NCBI GenBank assembly: GCA_973895155.1 | Contig: OZ316892.1 | Span: 22,047,068 to 22,111,067, forward strand | DNA length: 64,000 nt | Source of the DNA: Marsupella aquatica | Taxonomy: Eukaryota > Plantae > Marchantiophyta | Direction: 5' to 3' | Shown: positions 1 to 14,000 of the stretch, one piece after another | Position numbering within the stretch: position 1 is the first letter of the stretch | Layout: the number at the start of each line of letters is the position of its first letter | Translations under genes and position numbers: made by a program | Notes under the pieces: model-generated | Seen by the model: only the letters and a program-made list of their open reading frames with translations | Databases searched by the model: none | Told to the model about the DNA's origin: nothing

Positions 1-168
1 AGACTTATAAGAACAATAGAGCCTTTTTAATCCAATTTTTGGAATATTCCAAGAATATTCCAACTTTATAGGGGTTAAAAAATAATATTTTTTCTTACAT
101 TTTAGGGGGTCCAAGGCCTAAAAACGTCGTAGGTGATGGGGAGGTCCCCATGTAGTGAGACCCCCGAG
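1..168 (-). mobile_element. Partial MITE, same family as 37176-37472, inserted in a family-B LTR ORF
   Basis: 1-168 is the reverse complement of ~37176-37345 and ends ...GTAGTGAGACCCCCGAG. The other end lies outside the window. Confidence 0.8.
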
Positions 169-2034
169 GCGCTACCACCACCTGACCAAGAGGATGGAGA
201 GATGTCCCCCTCTTCTAGTCACCCTGAGAATCAGCCTCGGGGTAAGAAGACGAAGGAGCCCGCAGCCGTATCCGGGTTGCCTTTGGCCACGGTTGCAGTA
301 GCCAAGCTGACCATGCATTGCATGGGGGACAACGTTCACAAGAACATCCTCCACCCCAAGCATGCATGCTATCTGAAGACTCAGGGGTTTGAGCACCTTG
401 CCTCTCTCCCTTGGAATGGAAGCAGGTATTACAGACAGGATATGGCGGAGTTCATTCAGAACTTCGATGAGGCCCGTCAACAAACCCGAGCGCACGGGAG
501 AGTGATGTGTCTCGATGAGGCACGTCTGAGGATGGTTTTCGGCCTACCCGAGGGAATAAACCGGGTAGAGTGGCGGGCTCCTGGGGGCAAGGGAGCTAAA
601 TACCAGTCATCTAGCTTCCCGGCCGAAGGGGTAGTGGACAATGCATTCTTAATGAGAACGTGCCTCATCCCAGAGGTAGCGGAACCCCTAGAGTTTCAGC
701 GGTATGCCCTCCACATGATGGAACCGAGAGGGGAAATATCGGCCGCTCAGGTTATCCAGGTGGAGAACTATCGGCTCAGGAAGTGGGCGTCCTTCTTCGT
801 CAAGAAGTTCCACGAGGAGATGGAGCGGAGAAGGAAGACTTTGTACCTTGGTGGGCGGGCGTACTTAGCTAGCCACGTCAAAATCATCCTCGAGTGGTAC
901 GCTCATTTTGACCGCCGGAGCCTCCCACGTCTCAATGAGACCGAGCTGACCCCACCAAAATGGGTGTTCCCCAGGTAAGGCGATCGCAGCCCGAGGCCCA
1001 AAGTCTGGCAGCTGCAAGTCCTGCTACCCCGGCCCTGCAACCCACTACTGCCGCCCCGCCAAGCATACCCATTGATGTCATTGCGACCTTAGACGCGATC
1101 AATCGGGACAATGCCGTCAAAGCCGGGCCGAATGAAGCCGTACCCAAAGCAGATATCATGGTGGTCAGGGCGATTCTGCCACCCCCCGCGGTGGAGCAGG
1201 AGAACCACCTCCCTCTAGTAGAACCAGCCCCTTCGACCGACTTACCTCAAGGGCTGGATGTGACCACTCCTACTCCCACGCGGGTTGGAGTCTATCCGTG
1301 CCCGAATCCAGAGGGACGTAGTCTAGACCATCTGGAACTCTTTGCACCGGGCACTTTTCTGAACGGGTTGTTGAGAGATTTCTCACAACAGATCTCTCGG
1401 GACACCAGGGAATACATGGCCCGGAGGGTGGCCTACTTCTTCAACCAGGAGTTGGTTGCAGCAGTAAGGGCAGGACATGCGCAGGCAGAGATTGCGCAGA
1501 GAATAGAGCAATATCGGGTTGAGTCTGCCTACCTGAAGGACGAAGTGGCAACCTTAGAGGCTGAACTCCAACAACTTCGGCCTCAGGTAACGGCCACGGA
1601 GGACCAGGTCACGAGGCTAGAGCCCAAGCAGCATTGGCAATACAGGCCGGGCTCAGAAAAGATGCCGAGATTGCGCGGCTCCGAACCAAGATTGACAGTT
1701 TGCAGGGGCAAGCCGTTAGTTGGCAAAAGGATCTAGAGGAAGCTGATTCCAGGTCTCAACGGGACACAGCCAAGATTGACGCCTGAAGGTAGAGGTGGCA
1801 CGGCTTCAAGGAGAAGCCACTAAACAGGCCTAGTTGGTGGACAAGCTGACGAGCAACACCCAGCAACTGGAGGAGGCATGCCAGGAGGCCGCGGAAGAGG
1901 CAGACGTGGCGAAGTGGGAAAACAAATCTCTGCTGGACCAGGTCCAGCTACTCAGGCAGGACGCCGACAGACTCAGAAGGCAGTGAGATAGCCGCTCCCA
2001 CTCAGGCGGTTCTGGCAAGCGTGCCAGACATTAG
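169..2034 (+). pseudogene. Family-B LTR-encoded protein (conserved central domain plus coiled coil), frameshifted
   Basis: ORFs 133-978 and 960-1736 and the tail ending ...SGKRARH* at 2034 match ORFs 59694-60116 and 58964-59746. Confidence 0.75.
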
Positions 2035-2925
2035 CGGCAGAGTAGGATTAGAGTAGAGTTAGGAATAGCTCAATTAGGCCATAGGAACAACACCTGCCCT
2101 AGTTAGAGCAGCACTGCCATGCTATATAATCGACGTAGATTAGGATCTTCTAATAAGACAAGCCATTTTCCGGCCTGACAGCCAGCTTAGCTAGGATCTT
2201 AGTTAGCAAATCTTTGGGCGCAAGGGCACTCCGTTCCTCGGCCCTTAGTATTTAGTGCACCCCTTGGTAGAGGCAGGGGGGTTTTTAGTCTCAGTGTTGG
2301 ACATCCGTGGTATGTGCGGGGAGTCCCGACCTCTGGGAGTGAAAGAGTACCGAGGGGAGGGTGTGGGACTAAGCTCGCTGGGCGAGTGTGGAGCCGGGCT
2401 CCGTTGTAGTGTACACCCTCAGCCTTGGACCTGTTCATTCCGGAGCTTTCGGGTCAACTAAGTGTACGCATATGTCTCCTATGTAGTAAAATCCTTCCCC
2501 ATTATTTCCTTCGTGTAAACCGAGATTGTATGCTTGTGTGTGTATGTATGTGTGAATCTCATGTATAGGTGCCAACGCTTGGCCGAACGCACTACCCAAG
2601 TCAGGCATAGGGTGCAGCTTGTGGGTAGTGGTTGCGAGCCCGGATTGAGTACCTATATCATCGAATCCGGATTGAAGGCGGACAACACAAAGGCTTAGAA
2701 GCCCGTAAGCCGGGGTCGATCCTGCTATCGACTAAGGTATGTTCCGGCGGCAGAACACAAACCATACCTAAGAGGTCTTCGTATATGACAATAGGCGCAC
2801 TTAGCGCTAGTTTACGTGAGTTTGGTGCATTCCGTGCATCCCTCCCTGCCCGAACCCTCATTTTGACGAAGGATGTGCCTGTCTAAGCCGAAGCCCGGGT
2901 TAAGGCCTAGGCTAACGACGTGACA
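169..2925 (+). mobile_element. Partial family-B LTR containing an ORF
   Basis: Colinear with the reverse complement of 58060-~60380. It ends ...ACGACGTGACA at 2925, the same terminus as at 58060. No PBS follows. Confidence 0.8.
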
Positions 2926-4274
2926 GCCACGGAGAGCGAGGATAGACCAGGTCATGACGACATTTCATGTATGTACATTCCCAGGCATATTTATGCCAAA
3001 AAGATCCAACTTTATTTCCTTGATCGTAAATAAGTTCCGGTCGCACACAGACTAACCTCAAGTTACAACTATGGCAAATTCCATATTACTCTAAGCTAAT
3101 CTCACTATGAGGCCCCACTATTAACATTCCTTCTCCATCAAACATTGGTCGACCTCCGCTTGTGTTCCCGAACCGCTTGTGTTCCCAAACTCAGTAGCCA
3201 TGGAATGTTCCTCAGTCTCCCTGGGACTCATTCCTTCATTGGCAAGTAGTAGATGTCGATTTTGAATCGCAGAAGTTTTGGTTTCTTGTGACTCATCGTC
3301 AAAATTAGAGGACGAACTTCCAATGTCCAGTCAAACAACTCTTGCTCGGGCTCCTCTCTGACTTTCTTCTCATCTCGGACACTCAATCTGGAATGGGAGA
3401 TGAGCCTCCTCGCTACTCGGACAATCCATTGCAAGCCTGATTGCAAGGTAAACAACTCGTTGAGAATTGGACCCTCAACTCCCTAGCTAGAAATGTACTT
3501 CTTCTCTCCAAGATTGAAAACTTGCCCCCTATGTGAAGACTGTCCAAGAACTTGAGTCTTTAAAGTAAATTTATCGCTTCTCTCTTCCTCCAAGAACTTG
3601 GGATATCCCCGGATATAGATGATGATGATTGAGGTTCTCAGCAGATTTGAATTTTCAGTTAGATGGTCAGCGAGGGTCGCTGAGCAGAGTCAAGTCTCAT
3701 CGATCCTCAGATCCTCAATCATGATTCAAAACCTCCACACATGTGAATTTTTTGTTACACATGCAATCAGCGAGGCTGGGTGACATAGAGTCAAGTATCC
3801 GCGCATTTATCCTCAATCATCAAGAATTTTGGTTATAGAGTTAGCGAGGCTTGTGGACGAGGGATCGTGCGCAGATACGCCGTATCCATTTATTTCTCTT
3901 ATCGTTCCCTTTGTGGGACGGGAAGTAGCAATGAGTGAACGGTCAATCATCCCAGCATGGAACGGGAAGTACGATGATATGACGCCTGACCATACAATCA
4001 TGTTTGGCAAGGCTCACTGAGCCCTTGTGGAGACAAGAATTACAAATGAGTCAAGACCAGAAATCCTCCAAGCATGTGAACGACAAATACAATGATATGA
4101 TGGTGACCGTACAAATTGTGGCGGGAAGTTATTCAGCGGTCTTGCTCAATTGATTGCGAAAGGGGGCATGATCTGTTTGAAGCAATTCAATTCAACCTCT
4201 TTGGCGGCAATTGGATTTGAGGATGTCAGAGATATTGTTGAGGATGATTCCAGGAAAACAAGGAGAGCGTTTAG

Positions 4275-4868
4275 ATGAGACTGTGCATCGTTAGATCTTT
4301 GAAGATGGCTTTTCCTGAGGAAATTTCTGATGAGACAATGTCAAAAATTATGAGTGCTGCTTATTGGGAGAAGCGTTTATTGAATGGAAGATGGGCGAGG
4401 GATCGCATCAGAACTTACATTGAGGCGGAGGAGATAGAGGATAGAGTTGTGGTTAGGGAGAAGCCTAAACCTTTGTTACCTGGTCTTCCAATTGAAATTG
4501 TCGAATGGAGAATTTTACCGCTTATTCTTAAACCGGTTCGCAGCCTATCGAGACTTGGCAAAGTCAAGAGGGAGAAAGCGTTTGCTACAATGCAGGTTGT
4601 CCGACTCTTAAGCAAGCTATGGAATCATCTTGTGAGTTATACTTATGAATGGGTTGTTTTCCGATTAGTAAGGCACGACCATCAGGAAGGGTGGGTGATG
4701 ATCATGAACTCGCCAAGGAGAGTCTCACCTCTCACTGAAATGTCAAGGATGATGGACCTCCTGCCTGATCCGACGTCTTTCATGAATTTCCCAAACTCAA
4801 TGGGTGTCTTGCAAGATAAGGAGCTCTGGATATGGCGTGCATTTCTCATTGTGTGCTGTAAGTTTTGA
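4275..4868 (+). CDS. F-box-like protein (197 aa)
   Basis: LLPGLPIEIVEWRILPLI...VRLLSKLWNHLV resembles the F-box consensus (LPxEI...IL...V+K+W..LV). Confidence 0.45.
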   Translation: MRLCIVRSLKMAFPEEISDETMSKIMSAAYWEKRLLNGRWARDRIRTYIEAEEIEDRVVVREKPKPLLPGLPIEIVEWRILPLILKPVRSLSRLGKVKREKAFATMQVVRLLSKLWNHLVSYTYEWVVFRLVRHDHQEGWVMIMNSPRRVSPLTEMSRMMDLLPDPTSFMNFPNSMGVLQDKELWIWRAFLIVCCKF

Positions 4869-5033
4869 CGGGAAGGTCAATCATTGCATTGCGGGAAAGT
4901 TGGTGAGTCAAAAATCTGTTACCATTGTCTCTTTTATCCTTGGAGTATTGCTGAGCTTGATCCTCTTGCGGGACACAAAACTTGATCCAACTCGGAAGGA
5001 GAGGGAGTTCCAAAAGGACCCAAAGGCGAAGAT

Positions 5034-5562
5034 GTTTAGATGATATTGCTAGGCGTGAGAGCAATCCGTTTGTGGGCTTACATTCATAGCAACTTTTGTT
5101 TAGAACTCCAAAGACTGCGAGAATTTTCATAAAGAAGTACTTTTATTGTCTGAATTTGCAAAATACAAAAATGTTGTTCGAATTTGGCCAAAACGTAGAG
5201 TGCCCTACATATCCTGATCGATTTCATAGTCTACTCGCAAAATGCAAATTGATGCCGAGTATGAAACTGTTGAACCTAAGTACTAACATGTCTATTCGGT
5301 TTAGATGATATTACTAGGCCTGAGAGCAGTCTGTTTGTGGGCTTACATTTGTAGCAACTTTTGTTTAGAACTCTGAAGATTGCAAGAATTTTCATGAAGA
5401 AGTACTTTTATTGTCTGAATTTTCAAAATACAAAAATGTTGTTCGAATTTGGCCAAAATGTAGAGTGCCCTACATATCCTGATCGATTTCATAGTCTATT
5501 CGCAAAATGCAAATTGATGTCGAGTATGAAACTGTTGAACCTAAGTACTAACATGTCTATTC
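5034..5562. repeat. Tandem duplication, 2 x 265 bp
   Basis: GTTTAGATGATATT starts at 5034 and 5299. Near-identical ORFs at 5096 and 5361 are offset by 265. Confidence 0.9.
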
Positions 5563-6069
5563 AATTGTCAACAAATGACGAAACTGCTTGAACCCACATT
5601 ACGTACATATTCAACCCCAAGATCATAGTAAAATTATCCATACGAGTCTTCTTCCAAGTCTCGACTCTCTTACCTTCAATAGGAAAAATGTTGAGGTACT
5701 CGTCGACCTTGTTGGATTGACAGAACAACCAAGCATCGAGCCAATGCATGAGCATGCTCGAGGGCAACTAGCTGACTCCATATATCAATTGGCGGAAAAT
5801 CTTTTACCATTTCTCCATAGAAGTAAGGGTTATCATAAGGCCATCTCCTCTCACACCATATCACCGCTAAAACCATTGCTGCCCACGGTTTAGAGTTGGT
5901 TGCCAAATGTCTCAATTTCCTATTGATATGCGCACTTTCTGAACTATCTTTGCGATGATTTTCAATCTAGAATCATCAACATTCACTACATCTTCAAGGA
6001 TCCATAGGACTTTCGGCCAAATATGCAACTCAACAAGATCACCCGATAGCCCACGAATCAGCGAACCTG
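5561..6069 (-). pseudogene. Degenerate F-box-like gene truncated by a CACTA end
   Basis: Minus-strand translation from ~6067 gives GSLIRGLSGDLVELHIWPKV, similar to the F-box-like motif at 4275, followed by several stops. Confidence 0.35.
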
Positions 6070-6262
6070 CACTAGTGGAAAATAGTGTCTTTAATGACTA
6101 GAATGAGGACTGAAAAACGAGTCATATGTACCAATATATGACTAGAGCTTTTCTATCATACCTGCCTCGTCTTTTAGGACACTCAATTAAGACAAATAAC
6201 TAAAAATCTCACCAGTCATTTATGGTAGTCCTAAATGACACAATATTTCTGAAATGACATGT
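6070..6262. mobile_element. Left terminus of the outer CACTA element (CACTA-2): TIR plus ATGAC/GTCAT subterminal repeats
   Basis: CACTAGTGGAAAATAG at 6070. The ATGAC-rich subterminal sequence resumes at 17199 after the nested insertion. Confidence 0.8.
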
Positions 6263-7074
6263 CACTAGTACATTTTGAGGCGTTTTACCGATTGTATTTC
6301 CATTGGACGCCTTCAGGAAATCCGACGCGGAAATCTCACCTGTCCGATACCAAAAGAATTGCATTTTCCGATATACTTTTTATCGGAAAACGACAATCGG
6401 AAACTAATCAGAACTACCGATACCAAAACATTCGGGAGTTCCGTCGTCTAAACTGTCAAGAAACACTATGTCCGATGCCCGCTTAATCGGATGTCTGTTC
6501 CACGCATTTTCTGTTAATGGAGGCGTCCGATTCTAGACCGATATTCTGGACATGGAAATGCCCAATTGTTTTAACATCGGAATTGTCCGATGTTATTTGG
6601 AACGGAAATTGCAATTATAGTAGAATTGGACTTTGCAATACGTTTGGGATGGAAAAGTACGATGATTGTGGCATTGGATATGGATCGGTATCTACCGGAA
6701 ACTATTTGGCAAGCTTGATTGGGCCTATTTTAAATGGGGGGCTAATTGGGGGTTTAATTGGGGTGAAATTTAATTCTTTAACTGAGTTTTTATCTAGGGT
6801 TTAGAGAGGTCATTTAGTCAAGAGAGACTATCAATTTTGATTGCACACTATGTACCTTGAAACCCGGGCATGACACGGCGTAACTATATCTTATATACAA
6901 AAATGAAATATCCAGGGCAAAAGTACAAAAAATGGAGAACATCTCCATGCATAGTGCCAGCTATGCTAAAGGCTGGGCATATCAAATGGACATAATGCCC
7001 TCCAACTATCCACCTTGCTAGCCTGGTACTAGATCTATACATGTCTACCTAGTCCACTATCCATACAAGCTATG

Positions 7075-9990
7075 TCACATCTTCCTCTTCTTCACACGGG
7101 AACGACTAGGCTGCTTTGCTCTATGAGTCTCTACCGCTGACACACTAGGTAGCACATCATGGTCGTGGCTACCTGATCTACCTCCATCGTCATGTGGATG
7201 AGGTGCAGAAGCAATCTCTGGTACTCCCCTACCTCCAGATGCGCCTGAACCATGGGAAGGCACTCCTTCCCCGACAAGTGTGGAAAGAAGCCCCTCCAGC
7301 ACCACCACCACTACCCCCCTCAGGCCGAGTCTCACCTCCACCACTATGACGGGAACCTCCCGACTAGGTGCCTACACCACCACTATGAATAGGAGATGGT
7401 GTGGGCACATGACCACCAAGGCCCCCCCCGGACTGTCACGAACCAGCTGGTACACTACTAGGGCTAGCCCTAAACTGACGAGGTGCAGCAACTCCACCAC
7501 TACCCCCCTCAGGGTGAGACTCACCTCCACCACTATGGCCGGAACCTTTAGACTGGATGCCTACACCACCACTATGAACAGGAGATGGTGTCGGCACATG
7601 ACCACCAAGGCCTCCCCCGGACTGTCGTGAACCAGCTGGTACACTACCAGGGCCAGCCCTAAACTGACGAGGTGCAGCAACTCCACCACTACCCCCCTCA
7701 GGACGAGACTCACCTCCACCACTACGGCCGGAACCTCTAGACTGGATGCCTACACCACCACTATGAACAGGAGATGGTGTGGGCACATGACCACCAAGGC
7801 CTCCCCCGGACTGTCGTGAACCAGCTGGTACACTACCAGGGCCAGCCCTAAACTGACGAGGTGCAACAACTCCACCACTACCCCCCTCAGGGCGAGACTC
7901 ACCTCCACCACTACGGCCGGAACCTCCTGACTGGCCAACGACATGACCAGTATGAACTTACACGGTCAGCCCGTTGTCGAGACCCACCTGGTACAACACC
8001 AGGGCCAGTCCTCAATCGACCACCTGCTGTGGCTAGAACTCCGGACTCACTACAAACCCCTCGGTTGTGACCTACTATGGCTGGAACCCGGGACTCACTC
8101 CGTCCACTCCTACCAGCTAATCTCTGATGAGAAGGAGGCATATCACCTGCTCTACGCTCCATTCGGCAAGTGGAGCCACCTACACCCCGACCAGACTGGT
8201 GACGTCCACTCTGTCGGGGTCCTGACCGGCCACGCGCACCAGTAGAACCTTGTACTGGAGCCTCGGCCACACTCCCCTCTGAAGCACTATCATCCTCCGC
8301 ATCCTCCTCGTCCTCCTCGTCCTCCTCCCCCTCACCATCCTCCTCACTCTCCAAGTCCTCCTCACCCCCTGACTCATCCTGCACATAGTAACAATCTCCA
8401 ATCCATATGTCATTCCGCAACATACGTACCAGCATGAAGCCATCTTTCAAATCATTCTAATATCCGCACTTACCGAGGCCAACATGTCGTCCATGTGAAT
8501 CTTCAGCGCCCGAGCACCATGCTCCTTTGCCAGGTCTCTCTCGCCGGCAACAATGGTCGTCCGTGCTCTTTCTCCTACACACCCAAACCATATGCCACCC
8601 CCAATACTAAGGTCAATTATAGCAACCCTACCCTGGCCTAATTAAACACCTATATAAACCCTTCACCGTCAAAGACCCATAAGAACACTTAGCCGTTCAT
8701 GCACATCCTATTCAAAAATTTGAATATGTCCGATACTAATAGAATTGGTACCCTCAATAGTTCCGATTCTTTTTTATTGTCCGATGCTGCATCCGATACT
8801 TAAAGGATCGGACTAGAATCGGACCTTACATGCCGAAAGCAAAAAAAAACTAAGGCATGATTGAGCAACCTACGGGCATACAAAGACCTGTCCCGGGTTT
8901 GGAAGGGTTAGGCATTCGTCAATTGGCCTCAGGTGATTAGGGAGGAGGAATGCTGCTGAAGGAATGCATGGAGAGGAGGGGAATGGAGCACTTACAAAAT
9001 TGGCCTTGAGGCGCTGTGATCCGCCTTGCCCCATTTTGTGAGTAACCTTTGGCCTCTTTGTTACTCTCAGCAGAGCTTTCATTAGCCAGGATGGTGGGTC
9101 TCCAAGCAGGGCTGATTTTGCTGACCATTCTTCAAGTTCTTGATGCATGGGTGCAGTATTCACCATCTCTCCTTGTTTAATCTTCTTCTGAGCTGCTTGA
9201 ATTTAGCTTCCCAGAGTTGTGTGGCTTGCCAAGCTCGAACCTGCAACTCTTCTTCAAGCCAAGCACACCAAGCATCCTCAAGAATCTCACCAGCTGGGCT
9301 TCCCCCTTTCCTGATCACCTCCTCATCCAGTTTGCATTCAGCCAGGTACTTTTGCATCTTCTCTCGTACATGATTTTGCATGTCTGCAAGTGAGACTGAG
9401 ATCTTTTTGTTTAAGAATCGATCGTCCACAAACGACCCATTCAAAAATCTTGCTTTGATTTGCTCTCGAATTTGAAATCTCTCATCTTGCTTCTTCTTCC
9501 CCCAGTAGTCCATCGGGCCAAAATGAGACCTCACAATCTGCCTAACTTGACTCCCAAACAAACGATAACTCCTGGAGAGTGGAGCACCTCCCTCATTCAG
9601 AAACAATTTTGGCATCTTGGCCCTATCCTCTGCCTTCTTTCGTTCCTCCTGAATTCTTTGTCATTCTGTAGCCCGAGCCTCCCTCCTTAGGCTCTTCTCC
9701 TTTTGTCTTGGTGATAGGGCTTCCACTGGTCTCTCTCTCTCGTCCTCCCTAGTGTTACGTTTCCTCTTCCTCTGCAATCTCTCCTCCTCAAGTCTGGCTT
9801 GGAAAGCTTTTTCTGCATCAGTGATGGCTACCTTCTGGGAGCTGTCGATCAGTCCTTGAGTGAGCTGAGCTACCTGCAATGCAACCTCCGGCGAGAGCCC
9901 CACCTTCTCACTAAACAATTGAGCCATGACTTCACCATAGCTGCTTGATGGCCCGGCACCATCTCCCATCCCTCCTGCATTCCCTTCCAT
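7075..9990 (-). pseudogene. TnpA-like second gene of CACTA-1, fragmented, divergent from TnpD
   Basis: ORF pieces 9661-9990, 9160-9615 (FGSQVRQIVRSHFGPMDYWGKK..., TnpA-like), 7911-8450 and a Gly/Ser-rich tail. Confidence 0.5.
7304..7927. repeat. 189-bp tandem repeat, about 3.3 copies
   Basis: CTACCCCCCTCAGG recurs at 7311, 7500, 7689 and 7878 (period 189 = 63 codons). Confidence 0.92.
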
Positions 9991-11055
9991 CGCTACAAGC
10001 TCCGCAAAGGTATCGTGAAATGCTCCCGATGCTTTTTCGGACTAGAGTGCCTTCGCACTTTAGTCGGGTGACCTAAAAACCCAAAATGCATAACGTCCAA
10101 TACTTTCTGCATTGGAAACTCCGATTCTAGGTCAATCGGACTTAGTATCGGACCCCTCCTCCAAAGTATCGGACTTAACCCTCCCAATGTATTTTCTGAT
10201 GGTTTGTGAATTGCATGACCTTGGCATTTGGACTTTGGCATTTGGATCCCATGTATACTATAATGTCCCCCTTTATGTTAGTTGGGGGTTAATTATGCTA
10301 TATTGTGGGCTTATTAGGTGTGCGGCGCAAAACGGGCATATCAACGTACAGTTGCCGTGACAAAGCTAGCACATTATTTTTTGGTGGGTATGGATGATCA
10401 TTGAATATATGTACCCAGATCTATTTTCAGTTTGATTTTAAATGATTCCCATTTTGACCATGAGGCAATGCTATATGCATGGTGCAACTTTTGGGGACTA
10501 TAAGAAGTCACAAATTAAATTAACACTCTAGTGCCGTTTTGTGCCGTTTTGTATTTTTTGTTTTTGGAGGGTCGGGTCGTTGCTTTTCCTTGGTTTTCTT
10601 AGTAGGGTTTATTTTTCCCAATGCATTATGCACAGCGAGAGTACGCGCATCCAAAAGGTATGACATATATGATCCTCCAAAATGTATTGGAAATATTTGA
10701 CATGATATATGCGTTACTTGTGGGAGTTTATAATTGGACATCCAACTCGTCATTGATTTTTATTAATTTCATTAATTATTGGTTTGTTACTTAGGTTTGC
10801 ATGTATGTCATCTCATCTTTCAACTTCCCCACCTAGCCTGTATGTGCAGGTTTTTTTGGATTGGCCTTAGCATATAGTCTAAGGCTTAGAGCCTAGTAGC
10901 CACTGTAGAGCGCGGATATCATTCAGGTACTAATTAAGTCCAACACTGCAAATTATTAACATACTATATATTTCCTGTTTGGGTTTACCTCAAGTTAGGG
11001 TGATGAATCAATCTTGCATTCTGGTAAAGACTTGTTTGTGTGTAATTGGCAGACA

Positions 11056-14000
11056 ATGTCGACTTCTGAGAGTTTGGATACAGATTCTGACTCTGACTTG
11101 TCTTCCTCTGAGGGGGACATTCCTCCTCCCCCTCAACAGCCTCGAGCACCCCCTCCATTAGGCCCTATTCCATGCTGGTGTCTTAGATGTAAAGGACTAG
11201 TGGTTCGTCAAGCGTGGCAGTCCATTGAACACATCGAAAACTATGGTCAACATGAGGGTGATTTACCGGGATATTCAGCTCGCCAGGTATTGCTTGACAT
11301 GAACTCCGCTATATATGATACATTATCATAATAGTTGGCTGGTTTGAGACCTTTTAGGAGACAAGTATTAATTTTTGTTTGTTTATGATTGAATAGGTGC
11401 GTTGTAGGGCCCGTCCTCCATTGGTCTCTAGTCAACTATGGCATGATGCATTCCTAGCTGGTGCTAGACAGTTGCTTGCATCATCAGTTGAAGACCCCGA
11501 GCAATCATGTACCCCCGCACATGTTCAGGCAGATGTTGTTCATGAACCCATAGTGGTAGAGTTGGGGCATGGTAGGGATGATGCACTGCCCCCTACTAGG
11601 GTTCTACGCACAAGACCACATTCTCATAGACGTCGACAGCAGCATGTAGTTCTAGACACAGACCCATCCCATGAGCACTTTAGAAGGAGTGTTATGCCTC
11701 CACCAGGGTAGGAGTACATAGAAGTTGAAGGGAGGTTGGGCTTATCATATGTGATGGGAAAGGCAATCAGTGTCTTCAAGGATTTTGACCCTGAGAGTTT
11801 TGCGATTCCTCGTGGCCTAGCCATTGATATCCCTGTACATATATGGGGTCGGCAATGGATAGTGAAGGCATCGACCCTTGGCGGGGAGGTTGGATTAGGC
11901 TTATTTGCTTTGGAGGACATTGCTCAAGGTCCCTCCAAAGCCTTGGCGTCGTGGCTATGATGGGGAACACCTTTTCCCTTACATTGGGCCTGTGTATACA
12001 TCCAAGAGTTGGAACATCCTCTTGCGCCAACATCCAGCTTGGGGGGTATATGCATTGCAGATGGACTCAGACCCAGATGAGGTCCTAAGGAGGCCTTGGC
12101 ATTGTAGGATGATTGATGGGGACCCTGTCCATTCAGATAACATAGTTGGGTACATCAATAGTACACATGGTAGAGGGAGTGGACTCCAGCCTAATGTAGA
12201 GTGGGCTCAGATTTTTGGCCCACCCACTCCGCCTTACTATGTCACACATATGGATGATCATGTTATGACAGTAGCCATATGGACCATTAGGGCGGGTGAT
12301 GAGTTGTTTTGTGACTATGAATGGAACGCGCCCAAGATGGGCATTCAATCTGGCCACACTTAGCACATATGTGTATTCCCCATTTTTGAAGTAATATAAG
12401 AATATTGTAGTTTTTTTAGGAACCCATGGGCTAACTCAAACATATATATCTGTTTTGTGCGTTGTATGATAGAATGCATATGTTGAGCCGGATGTTGGGG
12501 TGTTACCACGAGCTATGTGCCAACACCTTGTGCAGGCCATGGAAGATTGGCGATATGCCTCTCTACCACCAGATGGCGATCCGGATGTTCTAGAGCAGGA
12601 ACCAGATGCCTCCCAATCAAGAGTTGATGAAGATAGGGCCATGGATGACTTGATGCACCAATTCTATGACATAGAGGATGGTGATCATGACATGGCTGAT
12701 GGGGAGAACATTGAGGTCCCACTTCCACATCAAGAAGGTTCAAGGAGTTCAGCCTCCAAACAGTGGGAGGAAGCACATCAACATGCGCAAACTCAGATAT
12801 TTGATGGATCACGCTTGTCTCGTCTTTCAGCAATAATGTTGTTGTTGAACTTGCAGCAAAGACATGGAGCAAGCAACCTACTTCTTGATGATCAATCTCT
12901 TTTGGACATTGCATGATTGTATCTTGCCAGAAGGAAACAACTTGCCAGACTCTTGGAAAGAGGCAAAGAAGGTGTTGAAGTCCATAGGTCTGTAGTACGA
13001 AGTCATACATGCTTGCGTGAATGATTGCGTTCTGTTTAGAGGCACTTATAAAGATGCAACGTCATGTCCTACATGTGAGAAGCCAAGGTATCGTGAGGAC
13101 ATGTTGACGGGAAAAGTTCCTCAGAAGGTCACGAGGTACTTTCCTCTTATACCTCATTTGCGCCACCAATATAGATGTGCTGAGTTGGCTGAGTATATGG
13201 TTTGGCATTCCCAAAATTGCTCAGATATGAGTTCACGACCACCCACCATGCGCATGATGGTTGACTCCCTTGCAAACAAGTTTGTGGAGGAGAGATGGGG
13301 TGAGTTCCGAACTGACCCACGTCATGTTCGCCTAGGATTGGCAGCGGATGGCATCAGCCCATTTGGACTAGCAGGTAAGGCCCAACCATATTCACTATGG
13401 CCAGTGGTCCTTACTAATTACAACATCCCTCCATGGATGTCCATGAAGAAGGGTCATTTGCTCCTTTCCATGATTATCCCTGGTCCTAAGCAAGTGAAAA
13501 AAAATTGATGTGTACTTGCAACCATTGATTGAGGAGCTACAAAAGCTTTGGAGGGGTGTGGATTGCTATGATGGTCGAGTGCAAACGGGGGGCTTACGTC
13601 AAGAATTTAACTTGAAGGCCGTTCTTATGTGGACCATACATGATCTTCCAGGTATGAATCTTTGTTAAATTATCCCTTCCCATAGCCAGGCAACCGTACC
13701 TAGCATACTTTGTTATGTATTGAGTTAGCTAGGAGCACATATATCTTTTAATAAACTTATTTACTTATGCATGGGATATATATTTATATGCAAGGTTTGG
13801 ATATATTTCTGGCCTGACCACATCAGGATATCGAGCTTGCCCAACTTGTGGACCTGATTTGGAAGGAATAGCGCGGCCAAAGTCAAAGACCTTGAGGAAG
13901 ATAGTGTATATTGGTCATACCAAGTACCTCCCTCCAGACCATGATTGGAGGAGAGACCCCTTTTTATATGACACTGAGGATGGCCAACCAGACAGACGAC

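Noticed and set aside
5096-5591. Two near-identical 70-76 aa ORFs
   Set aside because: By-products of the 265-bp duplication, with non-ATG starts and no motifs.
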